A DNA stretch of 36,778 nt from a virus. Lineage: Duplodnaviria; Caudoviricetes. The stretch covers positions 1 through 36,778 of the IMG/VR virus record IMGVR_UViG_3300038674_000396; one strand, 5' to 3'. Below the pieces are notes generated by a model. It searched no databases and was not told where the DNA came from. It saw nothing but the letters and a program-made list of their open reading frames with translations. Shown here in pieces: positions 1-9,444 of the stretch (positions are counted from its first letter, which is position 1; each line of letters starts with the position of its first letter). Both the position numbers and the translations under genes were made by a program.

Positions 1-83
1 CCGACGCCGACAGCGACGACGGGGCCGGTGGCGATTTCAGGTGCGGGGCGGCGGGGGAGGATGGACGATGGGGTGATGGGCAT
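1..83 (-). CDS. Hypothetical protein, truncated at left window edge (MPIITPSSILPRRPAPEIATGPVVAVGV...)
   Basis: ATG at 83 preceded by AGGAG overlapping the fibre stop codon (TAGGAGCCCATCATG); frame open to the edge; same high GC as the fibre C-terminus. Confidence 0.65.
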   Translation of the reverse strand, partial: MPITPSSILPRRPAPEIATGPVVAVGV

Positions 84-92
84 GATGGGCTC

Positions 93-3000
93 CTATGCAG
101 GGCGCAATGCCAACGTGATCGCGATCCAGCTCGCGGAAGTATCTCCAGCTTGACCCACCCATGCGTCTGGGTCAATCGTGCCATCGGCATCAACCCACCC
201 CCTAACCCCTGTCTGGATCGTGTATCGGTAGGTATTTGGAGACTCTACAGAACCAGCTGGCGCGAACCCGCTTGGCGTTGTCGCATCCGACGCGCTACGC
301 ACCCACGTTCCCACCGTCAGCAGCATGGCTCCGTCAGTGACGGGCGTGATTGCAGGGCTATTTGCATATGGGCCATTAAACCCAACAGCATACACATGAG
401 CGACGTCGAACGGGGAACCTAGATCAACACCGCGAAAAACAAGTGCCATGACAGCCTGTCCTCGACCAGTGTTTGACGCATTGACGGACACCTCTGTGTC
501 CGGCGTGCCACCCATGACCTTGTAAAACAGTGCGGTGCGTGTATCAGTGGAATCGTCTGCAAATCCATTGTAGATCAGCGTGTACCCATCAGACGTCACT
601 ACGGGCAATAGCGACTGGTTTAGGCTCGAAAATCCCGTAACGACAATGACTATATCACCTGTCGTTGTGCCGGAAGGGAGCTGGATCGTCAGCGGCGTAG
701 CGATCCCCCCGGCGCTGGCAGACCCGACAAATGATATGCCGGCACTCACCGTCACCGTCACCGTCACCGTCCCCTCGTCCTCGGCCACGCCATCCGAGAC
801 ATGATACGTCACGCTCGTCGTCGCGGTCTGATCACCGGTCAGGGCCGAAAAATCTCCGTCGGGGTCAAAACTCCATCTACCGTCAGAATAAATAATAAAT
901 TTACCACCATTAGCAACATCAACCCACACTCCAACATTACCAGCAGAACCTAAAACTTCAGTTACAGTCCTTAACCCGTCATAAAGTATTCCAGAAGTTC
1001 CACCATTCTTAGAGGAAACAAAAGAAGTTTTCTTAGGAAAATATGGATTTGTTAAATCCACACTAAAATTTTCTGTATATCTGGCAATTCCTTTGGTTAT
1101 ACGCAAACCATACAATTTTCCATTCAGGTAAGCATAATTTCCAGCGGCCTCTCTTCCTATTTCAAACATCCGGCCATTATCTGTTGTATAAAACGAAGTA
1201 GTACCTATAGAATACGTTCTAATTAGGGTACCATCCACAAATAGATAAATATTACCATTTGTTCTGGTAACGGCGTAGTGGGAAACTTTGTTTCTTTTCA
1301 AAGGATAATTCGTAGTATCCAAAGAAAAAACATTTACACTATTTGACCCTGTAGTAGAATAAACAAAATACCAATCAGCATAACTCAAATTTATTTCCCA
1401 TGAAAATCCATAAAATGTTGTATCCCACCAAATTCCACATATTTGGTAAGTTTGTCCAGATTGCAGATTAGAAGCATCTACAAAAAATTCTACAGTAAAA
1501 TCCGAATTTCCTAAACGAAGATCAGATAGGTTAGATGGTCTGGTTACTCTTAAATAATCACCAGTTCCATCGAAATTTATGTATGGTTTGTTATTGGAAT
1601 CTATTAAAGCCTTCACATCTCCGTACACTTCAATTTTAGCTTTCCTTTTAGAATCAACAATTTCCGTAGGTTTAATAATATCCGTAGCGTTTATGCACAA
1701 AACAGTAGCATACCAATAATCATCGGTTCTGGTGTCTTCTGTGGGGAAGCCAGTTTTGTAGGGGTGGCCAGCAGGAAGGTTTGCTGTTAATCCCCATTTG
1801 TGGGCGAAATAGCCTTGAAGTTTTTTCTTCAAAAAACCAGATAAGTTTTTCAAGACAAAGAACAACTCAAACATATTACCATTAAGATAAGCATTATTTA
1901 CTACTGGTCTGCCACCTATAGATAGTCCTGTTTCTGCTGCCCAACCAATTGTGGAACTTAAAACAGTGGCATTTTCAGTTCCATCAAAACTCATGAAGTA
2001 ATCGGATATGGTGTCACCAGAACCATCCCAAGAAAAATCAAACAAATGAGTATTTCCAACTACACCAACAGCGTCATAACCCACAGCAACCCTGTTTGCT
2101 GTTCCCTGTCCTGCTGTCATGCCCACATCTTTATACCCTGCATCATATTTCAAAGCACCAACTTCTATTCTGTTTGCACCACCTATAAGCATGAAAGAAG
2201 CAAAAGCATTGTTTGCCTTCGCCACAACAAAAACATCGAAAGCCTGATAAGGCTCATAGGAGTTTACTTTAAGGTAATCGTTTGATCCATCCAATCCTAA
2301 AGCCATCAGCCCGTTCTGAGCATTCTGCACCAATGCTGGTTGTGCTGTAGTTGTTGTCTGTGTTGCGTGACGATCATTGTAGGATTTGTCATTGATCTGA
2401 GAAACACCTGTTGCTATAGTCAATTTTGAATAATCGTTAGCATCAAGCCAAAGATCAGAAATGGAATCAATGGCGGGGAAATAGGGATTGGTTAAATCCA
2501 CGTAGAAATTGGAGGTGTAGAGGGCTTTTCCTTTGGTTATTCTCAAAGAATACAACCTAAAATTTCCATACAAAGAATAACCTGTTAATTTACCAATACT
2601 AATTGGATTGGTCGAACTGACGTTATCTGAGTTTGCGGCAGAAGCATCCAAAATGCCATTTACAAATATCTTTAAAACTGAGGATTCTCTAGTTATTGTA
2701 ACTCGGTACAGTGTATTGATTACAAAAGTGGTTGCCGTTGTTAAGTTAATGCCATCACCAGAGGTATTAACACTAATCTTAGCAGAATACAAAGCTATGG
2801 CTACACCAGTAGTAGTATTCTGATAAGCGTCTATTAAATAATGATCGCCACTAACTGAATTGAAAACTATGTGAAAATCTATGTTAAAATCACCAGTCCC
2901 AAAATTAAAAATATCGTTAGCTGTGGCAGTAGTCAGATAATCGCCAGAACCGTCAAAATTGATATAACTCAAACCATTTGAATCCATAGCTATCTTGGCA

Positions 3001-5330
3001 TCACCGTAAACAGAAACAGCGTTTCCTTTCTGATCCCGAATATCAGTCGAATTTGTTTCAAGACCGATAGCGTTAATCAGGAGTGAGGTATCGGCCCAGT
3101 TCTGCACTTTGGGTTTGGTTGGGAAGTAGGGGTTCGTTGATGATTTAGGTGTGAAATTAGCAGAAGAGGTTTCACCAGCAGCTATTCTAAGAGCATAAAT
3201 TCTTCCTGTATAGTCATGAACGGGTGTTGGTATATATGAACCAATAGAACATGTATTTGGTACACCGTAACTCTGTGCTGTGTGTGTTAAGCACTGAACA
3301 CCATTAACATAACCATAAATGGTTCCTGCTACATTTTTAACAGTTATGTGGTAAAAGGTGTTCAATGACATGGCTATATTTCCAGCGGCAGTTCCAGTCA
3401 GACCATTGTCAACAATCAGATACCCAGAAGTATTTGACCAAATATGTAAACCGTTGTTACTTCCGGCAGCTATATGGATAATAGTGTTGTTATCCGCAAC
3501 GGAAGTAGCATACACCATAGCATCTATGGTCCATCCGGGAATATTTGGATTAAAATTTGTAGGGAAAGTCAGCCTATCACCAGACCCATCAAGAAGAAGA
3601 TACGAGTAATTGGAATCAACACCAATTTTAGCATTACCAACAACTGTAACCGTGGAAGGAACAGTAGATTCATCAGTAAAAACCGTTGAATTTGCTGTTC
3701 CATAAAAATTCAAACAATGATAAACCTTATCCCAGTTAGCAGAATCAACAAACTTATCAGTAGCAATTTCTATCGGTTTTGGTGTCCACCAAAGATTGCC
3801 AGTTTTAAAATATGGATTTGTTAAATCCGCGTTAAAATCTGAGGTATATCGAGCTATAGTGGAAATTCGTATGGATGTAAAACCGCCTTTTAAGAACTCT
3901 TGATTCGTGTCATTGGTTCCCCTAAAAAATCTAAAATTTCCAGTATATTGATAGTTTGTGAAAGACGAAGTAACTGTGTATTTTACACCATTAACAAATA
4001 ATAACAAATCCAAATTATTTTTTACAAGAGCAATATGGTACAGAGTATTTGGCGTAATGGCCGGTGTGACCACAATACCAACATCCGTGTAGGATGAACC
4101 ATTGCCATAAATAATGCGAATCTTCCCAGTCAATACTCCGGCTATTTCGTGTAAATGAACACAAAAACTATTACCAGCAGAAATGTTATCAGATTGAAAT
4201 AGTGCTTGGCCGTAGTAATTTGAATTTCCAGAATTTCCAGTTGTATAAAAGAATCCCTCAATGGTCCAATAAGAGGAGGTTGAAATTCTGTTTAATCCAA
4301 CATTTGTATTGATGGTATCTCCAGAACCATCAACAAGACCACACCACTTTCCACCCAGACCAGCACCTACTTTCGTATCCCCATTAAGTGTTAAAGCACC
4401 TCCTTTCTCATCAACAATCTTCCTTGATCCTTCCCAACCATATTTATTGGCATTGATGCAAAGAACAACCTGATCCCAATATTTATCTCCTCCATCAATA
4501 CCAGATAATTCAACAACAGCTTCATCCCAATCAGAAATAATAGGTGTTCCACCAATCAAACCGCCATAACGAGTTCTCATGTAAACTTGACCGGCCTGTG
4601 TCAAAACTACTTGGATAGAATACAAATCTATGGTGTTGTTATAGGAAGAAAAAAGCAAATTGGTATACAAAGCATCCTCTGCAATTTCCCAATCAGAATA
4701 CAAACCTGCAATAGTTCCACCATGAGGAACAGCTTGGGTTTTCAACCACGTAAACCTCATTGGGGCTTGTGCTCCATCAGGGTACGTTATAGACGGAACT
4801 TCAAACTCTTTGACAACAGACCCTATTTCTGCGGTATTTTGAAAAGCTTTGCATTTAATAAAAACTTTACCGTTCGGCAGCTTAACAATATAAACTTCCG
4901 TTATTTGATTAGGATCAGTTCCTACTTGATTCAGGATAGAAGCTCCGTAAGGCCACCTCACAGAAAAACCACCAACAGCATCCTGTTTTATAAAAAGAGT
5001 ATAAACAACACCAACAGAAAAATTTGAACCAAAACCAGTAATAAAGGTGTCTCCTATTACTGTTGCTATCATCGCTGTTCTGCAAGAATCACCATTCATG
5101 GTGAGAACAACTTCACCGGAAATATTACCAAAATCCTGATAATACCCATTGTAAGCTTCTTCACCTTCAATAGACCAAGAACCGGATCTTCTAACAGGAA
5201 TTTTTTTGTTATGTGAGGAATTTAAAGAGGGGTTATCGATAAGTGCCGATAACTGGACGTATTTGGTGTTGCAATCAGTTATGTTTGCATTTTCTTCCGC
5301 AAAAGATTGTACATCAACATCAATAGGCAT
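93..5330 (-). CDS. Tail fibre / receptor-binding protein with tandem LamG (concanavalin A-like) modules, a VCBS/Ig-like repeat and a distinct C-terminal domain
   Basis: 1745 aa, distal in the tail operon. Four repeats run from W..V.LCINA through DG.GD and WTIE/FTVE to RI..G.A.YT.NF..DLTNPYF; a further LWLDA...QGYFAHKWG lectin-like module; VCBS-like DGRWSFDPDGDFSAL...VTYHVSDG...TVTVTV. Confidence 0.85.
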   Translation of the reverse strand: MPIDVDVQSFAEENANITDCNTKYVQLSALIDNPSLNSSHNKKIPVRRSGSWSIEGEEAYNGYYQDFGNISGEVVLTMNGDSCRTAMIATVIGDTFITGFGSNFSVGVVYTLFIKQDAVGGFSVRWPYGASILNQVGTDPNQITEVYIVKLPNGKVFIKCKAFQNTAEIGSVVKEFEVPSITYPDGAQAPMRFTWLKTQAVPHGGTIAGLYSDWEIAEDALYTNLLFSSYNNTIDLYSIQVVLTQAGQVYMRTRYGGLIGGTPIISDWDEAVVELSGIDGGDKYWDQVVLCINANKYGWEGSRKIVDEKGGALTLNGDTKVGAGLGGKWCGLVDGSGDTINTNVGLNRISTSSYWTIEGFFYTTGNSGNSNYYGQALFQSDNISAGNSFCVHLHEIAGVLTGKIRIIYGNGSSYTDVGIVVTPAITPNTLYHIALVKNNLDLLLFVNGVKYTVTSSFTNYQYTGNFRFFRGTNDTNQEFLKGGFTSIRISTIARYTSDFNADLTNPYFKTGNLWWTPKPIEIATDKFVDSANWDKVYHCLNFYGTANSTVFTDESTVPSTVTVVGNAKIGVDSNYSYLLLDGSGDRLTFPTNFNPNIPGWTIDAMVYATSVADNNTIIHIAAGSNNGLHIWSNTSGYLIVDNGLTGTAAGNIAMSLNTFYHITVKNVAGTIYGYVNGVQCLTHTAQSYGVPNTCSIGSYIPTPVHDYTGRIYALRIAAGETSSANFTPKSSTNPYFPTKPKVQNWADTSLLINAIGLETNSTDIRDQKGNAVSVYGDAKIAMDSNGLSYINFDGSGDYLTTATANDIFNFGTGDFNIDFHIVFNSVSGDHYLIDAYQNTTTGVAIALYSAKISVNTSGDGINLTTATTFVINTLYRVTITRESSVLKIFVNGILDASAANSDNVSSTNPISIGKLTGYSLYGNFRLYSLRITKGKALYTSNFYVDLTNPYFPAIDSISDLWLDANDYSKLTIATGVSQINDKSYNDRHATQTTTTAQPALVQNAQNGLMALGLDGSNDYLKVNSYEPYQAFDVFVVAKANNAFASFMLIGGANRIEVGALKYDAGYKDVGMTAGQGTANRVAVGYDAVGVVGNTHLFDFSWDGSGDTISDYFMSFDGTENATVLSSTIGWAAETGLSIGGRPVVNNAYLNGNMFELFFVLKNLSGFLKKKLQGYFAHKWGLTANLPAGHPYKTGFPTEDTRTDDYWYATVLCINATDIIKPTEIVDSKRKAKIEVYGDVKALIDSNNKPYINFDGTGDYLRVTRPSNLSDLRLGNSDFTVEFFVDASNLQSGQTYQICGIWWDTTFYGFSWEINLSYADWYFVYSTTGSNSVNVFSLDTTNYPLKRNKVSHYAVTRTNGNIYLFVDGTLIRTYSIGTTSFYTTDNGRMFEIGREAAGNYAYLNGKLYGLRITKGIARYTENFSVDLTNPYFPKKTSFVSSKNGGTSGILYDGLRTVTEVLGSAGNVGVWVDVANGGKFIIYSDGRWSFDPDGDFSALTGDQTATTSVTYHVSDGVAEDEGTVTVTVTVSAGISFVGSASAGGIATPLTIQLPSGTTTGDIVIVVTGFSSLNQSLLPVVTSDGYTLIYNGFADDSTDTRTALFYKVMGGTPDTEVSVNASNTGRGQAVMALVFRGVDLGSPFDVAHVYAVGFNGPYANSPAITPVTDGAMLLTVGTWVRSASDATTPSGFAPAGSVESPNTYRYTIQTGVRGWVDADGTIDPDAWVGQAGDTSASWIAITLALRPA
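746..771. repeat. (TCACCG)4 hexamer tandem repeat encoding TVTVTVTV
   Basis: Directly visible at 746-771. Confidence 0.9.
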
Positions 5331-5341
5331 ATTTTTATTCC

Positions 5342-5854
5342 TTATAAAGCGGTGAAGTTAGCAACCACGTTAATATAAACGGAAGTTCCTACTTTAAATA
5401 CCCGAAGCCAGGTATTTATTCCTGCCGTTGTTTCAATAGTTCCGACAATGATATTACCGGAAGAAGTTGGTAACCAGCCTCCTGTAGAATCCTGTGTAAG
5501 AAATAAATCCACAACCATTCCTGTTGAAAAATTAGAAAAAACCAAGTTAGTAACTTTTGTCAAAGATAGCGTAAATGATTTACCCAATGTGGTGTTTATA
5601 GTGGTGTCTGCCCCAGAACCAATAGTAACAGCCACAGAAGCCTGTGGTACTGGGTATGGAATAGCAGAAGGTTTAAATTTTCCAAGGGCAGAATCATAAA
5701 CTACTGTTTGCCCATTTGTGGCCGTACCATCCCAAAGACCAGATATTTTATTGAAGTAATCATTCAATTTCTGCGCATTGGCAGTAAGGATCGCTTGCCA
5801 AAACTGCTGACCGTAATCTACGGTTTCTAATTTACTTGGACTTAAAATAGACAT
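5342..5854 (-). CDS. Small tail fibre-associated / tail tip protein
   Basis: 170 aa between the tail tip gene and the fibre; beta-rich; LFLTQDSTGG resembles LFIKQDAVGG in the fibre N-terminus. Confidence 0.65.
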   Translation of the reverse strand: MSILSPSKLETVDYGQQFWQAILTANAQKLNDYFNKISGLWDGTATNGQTVVYDSALGKFKPSAIPYPVPQASVAVTIGSGADTTINTTLGKSFTLSLTKVTNLVFSNFSTGMVVDLFLTQDSTGGWLPTSSGNIIVGTIETTAGINTWLRVFKVGTSVYINVVANFTAL

Positions 5855-5862
5855 TTAACCCC

Positions 5863-8154
5863 CTAAACGGTGTAATTTCCATCTGTAGTTCCTACAGTCA
5901 AATTGACCACAGAAGTGTAAATACCAAATTCTTTAGCCCGCACATTAACGGTAAAACCCGAAGCATTATTTACAGTAAAAGTACCAGTTTGTACAGGCAA
6001 TACAGTCCACACGGTATCTGTGCCCAATTTCCATTCAATAATCACATCCGAGTCAGAACTAACAACAAAACTCGTGGACGGAGAAACACCAGCACCAGCA
6101 GAAGTCATATCCCTAACACATACCAAGAAATTAACAGCAGAACCGATCCTTGTAGCACTCAGGCGCGAAATCGCAAAAGGCTTTTTAGCCAAAGTAGACG
6201 CAGGCACATTTATTGCCGAAGCAGATTCAATAGGCAGGGTTCCTACCAAATTTCGAGGACAAATCTTGTAGTATCCTGCTATATTGCCATCAGCAGGTGT
6301 CCAAGTACAACTCAGGTCGTTCACAATCCAAACAGAGGCGTTTACGCTGTGTGCCGCTTTAGTCGTGTTGTAGACGCCCCTGATTATGCCCGTGAGGGTT
6401 GCTGTCCCGTCTTCATTGAGCGTGACTGTCTGAAACTTCATGATCTCGTTGTCAACGATGAGAAGCCGGTTTTTACTGAACAAACCTGATCTCGACAAAG
6501 AATCGACTTCATACGTATCCCGATAGAACTGAACTTTCATACCTTCTGCGGAATCGTCAATATCATACGTGTTTGCCGAATAGGCAACCTTCAGTGTGGC
6601 GTACAGACTGAAAGAAGAATACTTTTTCAGAAGGGTGTAGTTATTACCATCAGGGGTGTAAAACAAATAGAATTCCGTCTCATACTGGGTTTCTCTTGCC
6701 GTCAGTATGAGAATCGAAGGATTATCTGTATAGGCAGTTCTTGGTGCTTCCATTATACGTTGTTTGGTCAGTGCTACAGGCTTCTGAACTTCCCGCACCC
6801 AAGTGGAAGAACCAGTCCCAATAGACACCCACTTATCATCAAACATCGTTTCAGCAACCTGTACAGCCGTAAATGTGATCTCATTAGAATCAATATTTTC
6901 CAAATTCCTTTTAATGATTCTGACACCAACATTAACCATACCAAGTTTTGTGTTTGTGATATTTACAATTTTTCCTTCTATGTAGTTGGAATACTTCAAA
7001 TTAGTCGTGAATTCCAATTCCGCGTAAGGATAACTTTCGCTCTTGATCAGTTCTGCTATTCTTTTTTGTGTTGCCCCCAAAGTCCTAAGTAATGTCAAGT
7101 CATAGGACTTGGTGTACTTCTTGCCTATCATATTAATGGAAGCTGGATTCTGCACAACAGCCACACGCTCCGTAAAATCCTTAATCTCCTCTGTGTATGT
7201 GGCCTTTATGTCATTAATAGTATCGTCCCAAGAGCGGCGGGATATAACGAATTTCTTGAAGTCATCTACTATGGAACCATATGCTACTTCATAAGGATCC
7301 GCAGGATTCAAGTAGTGTTTGCCCCCGATCTCGTAGTATATACCACCCAAGGGCGCTAAAATTTGCTCAATCTTTTCACGAATCTTGCCCTGACTTCCTA
7401 TTGCCATATTGATGCCATAACCTTTATTGTACCAGTAAGTTGCCGCATTACCAAAAGAAGCGGCGTCAATACTCGATCCAGGTACACCAGCACTTGTGAG
7501 TATGTAGTGAACGGCATTGGCGGCGTTCATACCGTTGTTAGGATTGGACCAAAGGCCAGCGTAGGTGCTTTCAACCACAAAGTGAAATGTAGGGAAAACC
7601 GTAGACCATCCACAGAAAACTTTCTGCATACGCACAGAGCACACTTTTTTCAGAGGAGAAAAATATTCCAGATTTGTTAACGTAAAATTTGAAGTACCAT
7701 CACCTTTGTTTAAGGTGATGATAGTGGTCTGTCTACCATCACCCTCTTCGGCCATCACACCAGACCACTGAGGATTTATCTCTGAAGTGATAAACTGTTT
7801 GTTATCCTTGTACACACCTAGCAACTTCGCAGGTCCCATACAAATGGTTTGCCAACAATCCAAATAATAGTGGTAACCAGTGGTTACATCTTCTCCTCCA
7901 CCACCTTTACCACCGGATTCCTCTTCCTGCTCTTTGACAAGAAGATTTCCGTACCAAACAATGTTACCCGTTATTTTGACACGACCGAATACCACAGGAT
8001 AAACTGCGCCCTCAGAAGCTCTGGTTATATTGAAATCTTCCAACCCTGAAGCCTTCATAGAAGGCTGTGCTATATTTGGTTTATACAGTACGTAGCTCAA
8101 AACGGCGGTGGCCACGAACACAGCAGCAGCTATCGCAAATTCAAATCCGGTCAT
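5863..8154 (-). CDS. Tail tip / host-specificity protein (gpJ-like, Phage-tail_3 type)
   Basis: 763 aa; N-terminal hydrophobic segment, EGAVYPVVFGRVKITGNIVW, GGKGGGG, and IVDNEIMKF...LTGIIRGVYNT..AAH motifs typical of this family; follows the NlpC/P60 gene. Confidence 0.85.
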   Translation of the reverse strand: MTGFEFAIAAAVFVATAVLSYVLYKPNIAQPSMKASGLEDFNITRASEGAVYPVVFGRVKITGNIVWYGNLLVKEQEEESGGKGGGGEDVTTGYHYYLDCWQTICMGPAKLLGVYKDNKQFITSEINPQWSGVMAEEGDGRQTTIITLNKGDGTSNFTLTNLEYFSPLKKVCSVRMQKVFCGWSTVFPTFHFVVESTYAGLWSNPNNGMNAANAVHYILTSAGVPGSSIDAASFGNAATYWYNKGYGINMAIGSQGKIREKIEQILAPLGGIYYEIGGKHYLNPADPYEVAYGSIVDDFKKFVISRRSWDDTINDIKATYTEEIKDFTERVAVVQNPASINMIGKKYTKSYDLTLLRTLGATQKRIAELIKSESYPYAELEFTTNLKYSNYIEGKIVNITNTKLGMVNVGVRIIKRNLENIDSNEITFTAVQVAETMFDDKWVSIGTGSSTWVREVQKPVALTKQRIMEAPRTAYTDNPSILILTARETQYETEFYLFYTPDGNNYTLLKKYSSFSLYATLKVAYSANTYDIDDSAEGMKVQFYRDTYEVDSLSRSGLFSKNRLLIVDNEIMKFQTVTLNEDGTATLTGIIRGVYNTTKAAHSVNASVWIVNDLSCTWTPADGNIAGYYKICPRNLVGTLPIESASAINVPASTLAKKPFAISRLSATRIGSAVNFLVCVRDMTSAGAGVSPSTSFVVSSDSDVIIEWKLGTDTVWTVLPVQTGTFTVNNASGFTVNVRAKEFGIYTSVVNLTVGTTDGNYTV

Positions 8155-8155
8155 A

Positions 8156-8659
8156 CTAAACCTCCTCGTATATGCGCAATATGTAGCGTGTATGCCGCTT
8201 CCACCACCTAAAATATTGAGTAAACTCTACACCAGCATGGTTTATGCTGTGAATCATCTTTTCACCATCTGGCCACAGAACAGCACAATGGTTAGCCAGT
8301 GTAGGTTTCACTGTCCAAAATAATACTAAATCCCCCCGAACCCAATTCTCTGACGGGAAAACACGAAGAAAACGAATACCTTCTGCGGCATTCCTATCAA
8401 AATTAAGTGCTATACCATCTTCAACAATAGGATTATCCGTATTTAAATGCCAATCTTTAGAATAATATTCGTAGTCTATTCCTTTTAGTATTCCTTGTTT
8501 TTGATAACAAGAAGCAACGAACATGGTACAATCAGCACCATACCCCTTTGTTTTTTGATAATGCCTATAAGGCGTACCCAACCAGGACTCTAATTCCTGG
8601 CTGAATTCTTCCCACCGTTTATTTTCACAGAAGTAAGGTCTTAACACTAGAACCCCCAT
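8156..8659 (-). CDS. NlpC/P60 (C40) family tail tip assembly protein
   Basis: WLGTPYRH...GADC...GDLVLF...HCAV...MIHS catalytic Cys/His motifs. Confidence 0.9.
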   Translation of the reverse strand: MGVLVLRPYFCENKRWEEFSQELESWLGTPYRHYQKTKGYGADCTMFVASCYQKQGILKGIDYEYYSKDWHLNTDNPIVEDGIALNFDRNAAEGIRFLRVFPSENWVRGDLVLFWTVKPTLANHCAVLWPDGEKMIHSINHAGVEFTQYFRWWKRHTRYILRIYEEV

Positions 8660-9444
8660 AGAACAGGATTATCAGAAGGTATGTAGGGGCATCCAAAAAA
8701 GTTTTCCATATTATTGAACTTGTGTTTACAGTCCTGTGCGGATTTTGAGCAACCCCAATAAGCTCTCAAGACAGTACCAACACCGACAGAAGCATCAAAA
8801 GGAACGTGCAGGTGAAAAGTGTTGTTTTCTCCCAAAGTTATCCAGCGGAAATCTTTCAAGAAAACAACGTAGCCTCCAGTAAAATTCGACCCATCTCCTA
8901 TCTCAGTAGAAATTAATCCACCTTTTGGCGTGAAGCTTTGCACCGTGAAATTTATGGCATAATCCGAAGAAGACAATTTGCAGTTGTCGTCATACAAAGT
9001 ATTTTGGCAAAAAGCGGAATGGACGTCCGGAGGCCAGATAGATTCAATGATTGAACCTAAAGAGGTACACTGAGCCACCGCATATATGTCTTCCACTTGT
9101 ACGGAAGTTATATTACCTGTGAATATTTCCAAATACTGATTATTCGGATCAGAAAGTAAAACACGGAAAATCTTAACTGTCGTAGGCAGAACAGGATAAT
9201 TCGACAAGTACCTTGTCAACTTATCATCAAGAGGTGCAGTTATCTGTACCGTAACAGGCTCAAACGTGGTATTTCTAGTGATAGATCCGCGTTTGATGTG
9301 TGCAGGCTTGTAGTCGAATCCCATGAATTTTATATTACTCTGATACGTAGTATACCTGGAGTAATATTCTCCATCATAAAATTCGTATATCTCAGCGAAT
9401 TCTTCAAGCTGCGACCCCGAAAATTTTGCATCGGATATGGCCAT
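8647..9444 (-). CDS. Baseplate hub / tail tip protein, DUF2163/BR0599 (gpL-like, Cys-rich)
   Basis: CQNTLYDDNC and GCSKSAQDCKHKFNNMENFFGCPYIP motifs; start moved to ATG 9444 (TAATG overlap with upstream stop, GGAGG nearby). Confidence 0.85.
   Translation of the reverse strand: MAISDAKFSGSQLEEFAEIYEFYDGEYYSRYTTYQSNIKFMGFDYKPAHIKRGSITRNTTFEPVTVQITAPLDDKLTRYLSNYPVLPTTVKIFRVLLSDPNNQYLEIFTGNITSVQVEDIYAVAQCTSLGSIIESIWPPDVHSAFCQNTLYDDNCKLSSSDYAINFTVQSFTPKGGLISTEIGDGSNFTGGYVVFLKDFRWITLGENNTFHLHVPFDASVGVGTVLRAYWGCSKSAQDCKHKFNNMENFFGCPYIPSDNPVLWGF

Noticed and set aside
93-900. Diversity-generating retroelement target in the fibre C-terminus
   Set aside because: No template/variable repeat pair differing at adenines and no reverse transcriptase in this window; cannot be excluded outside it.
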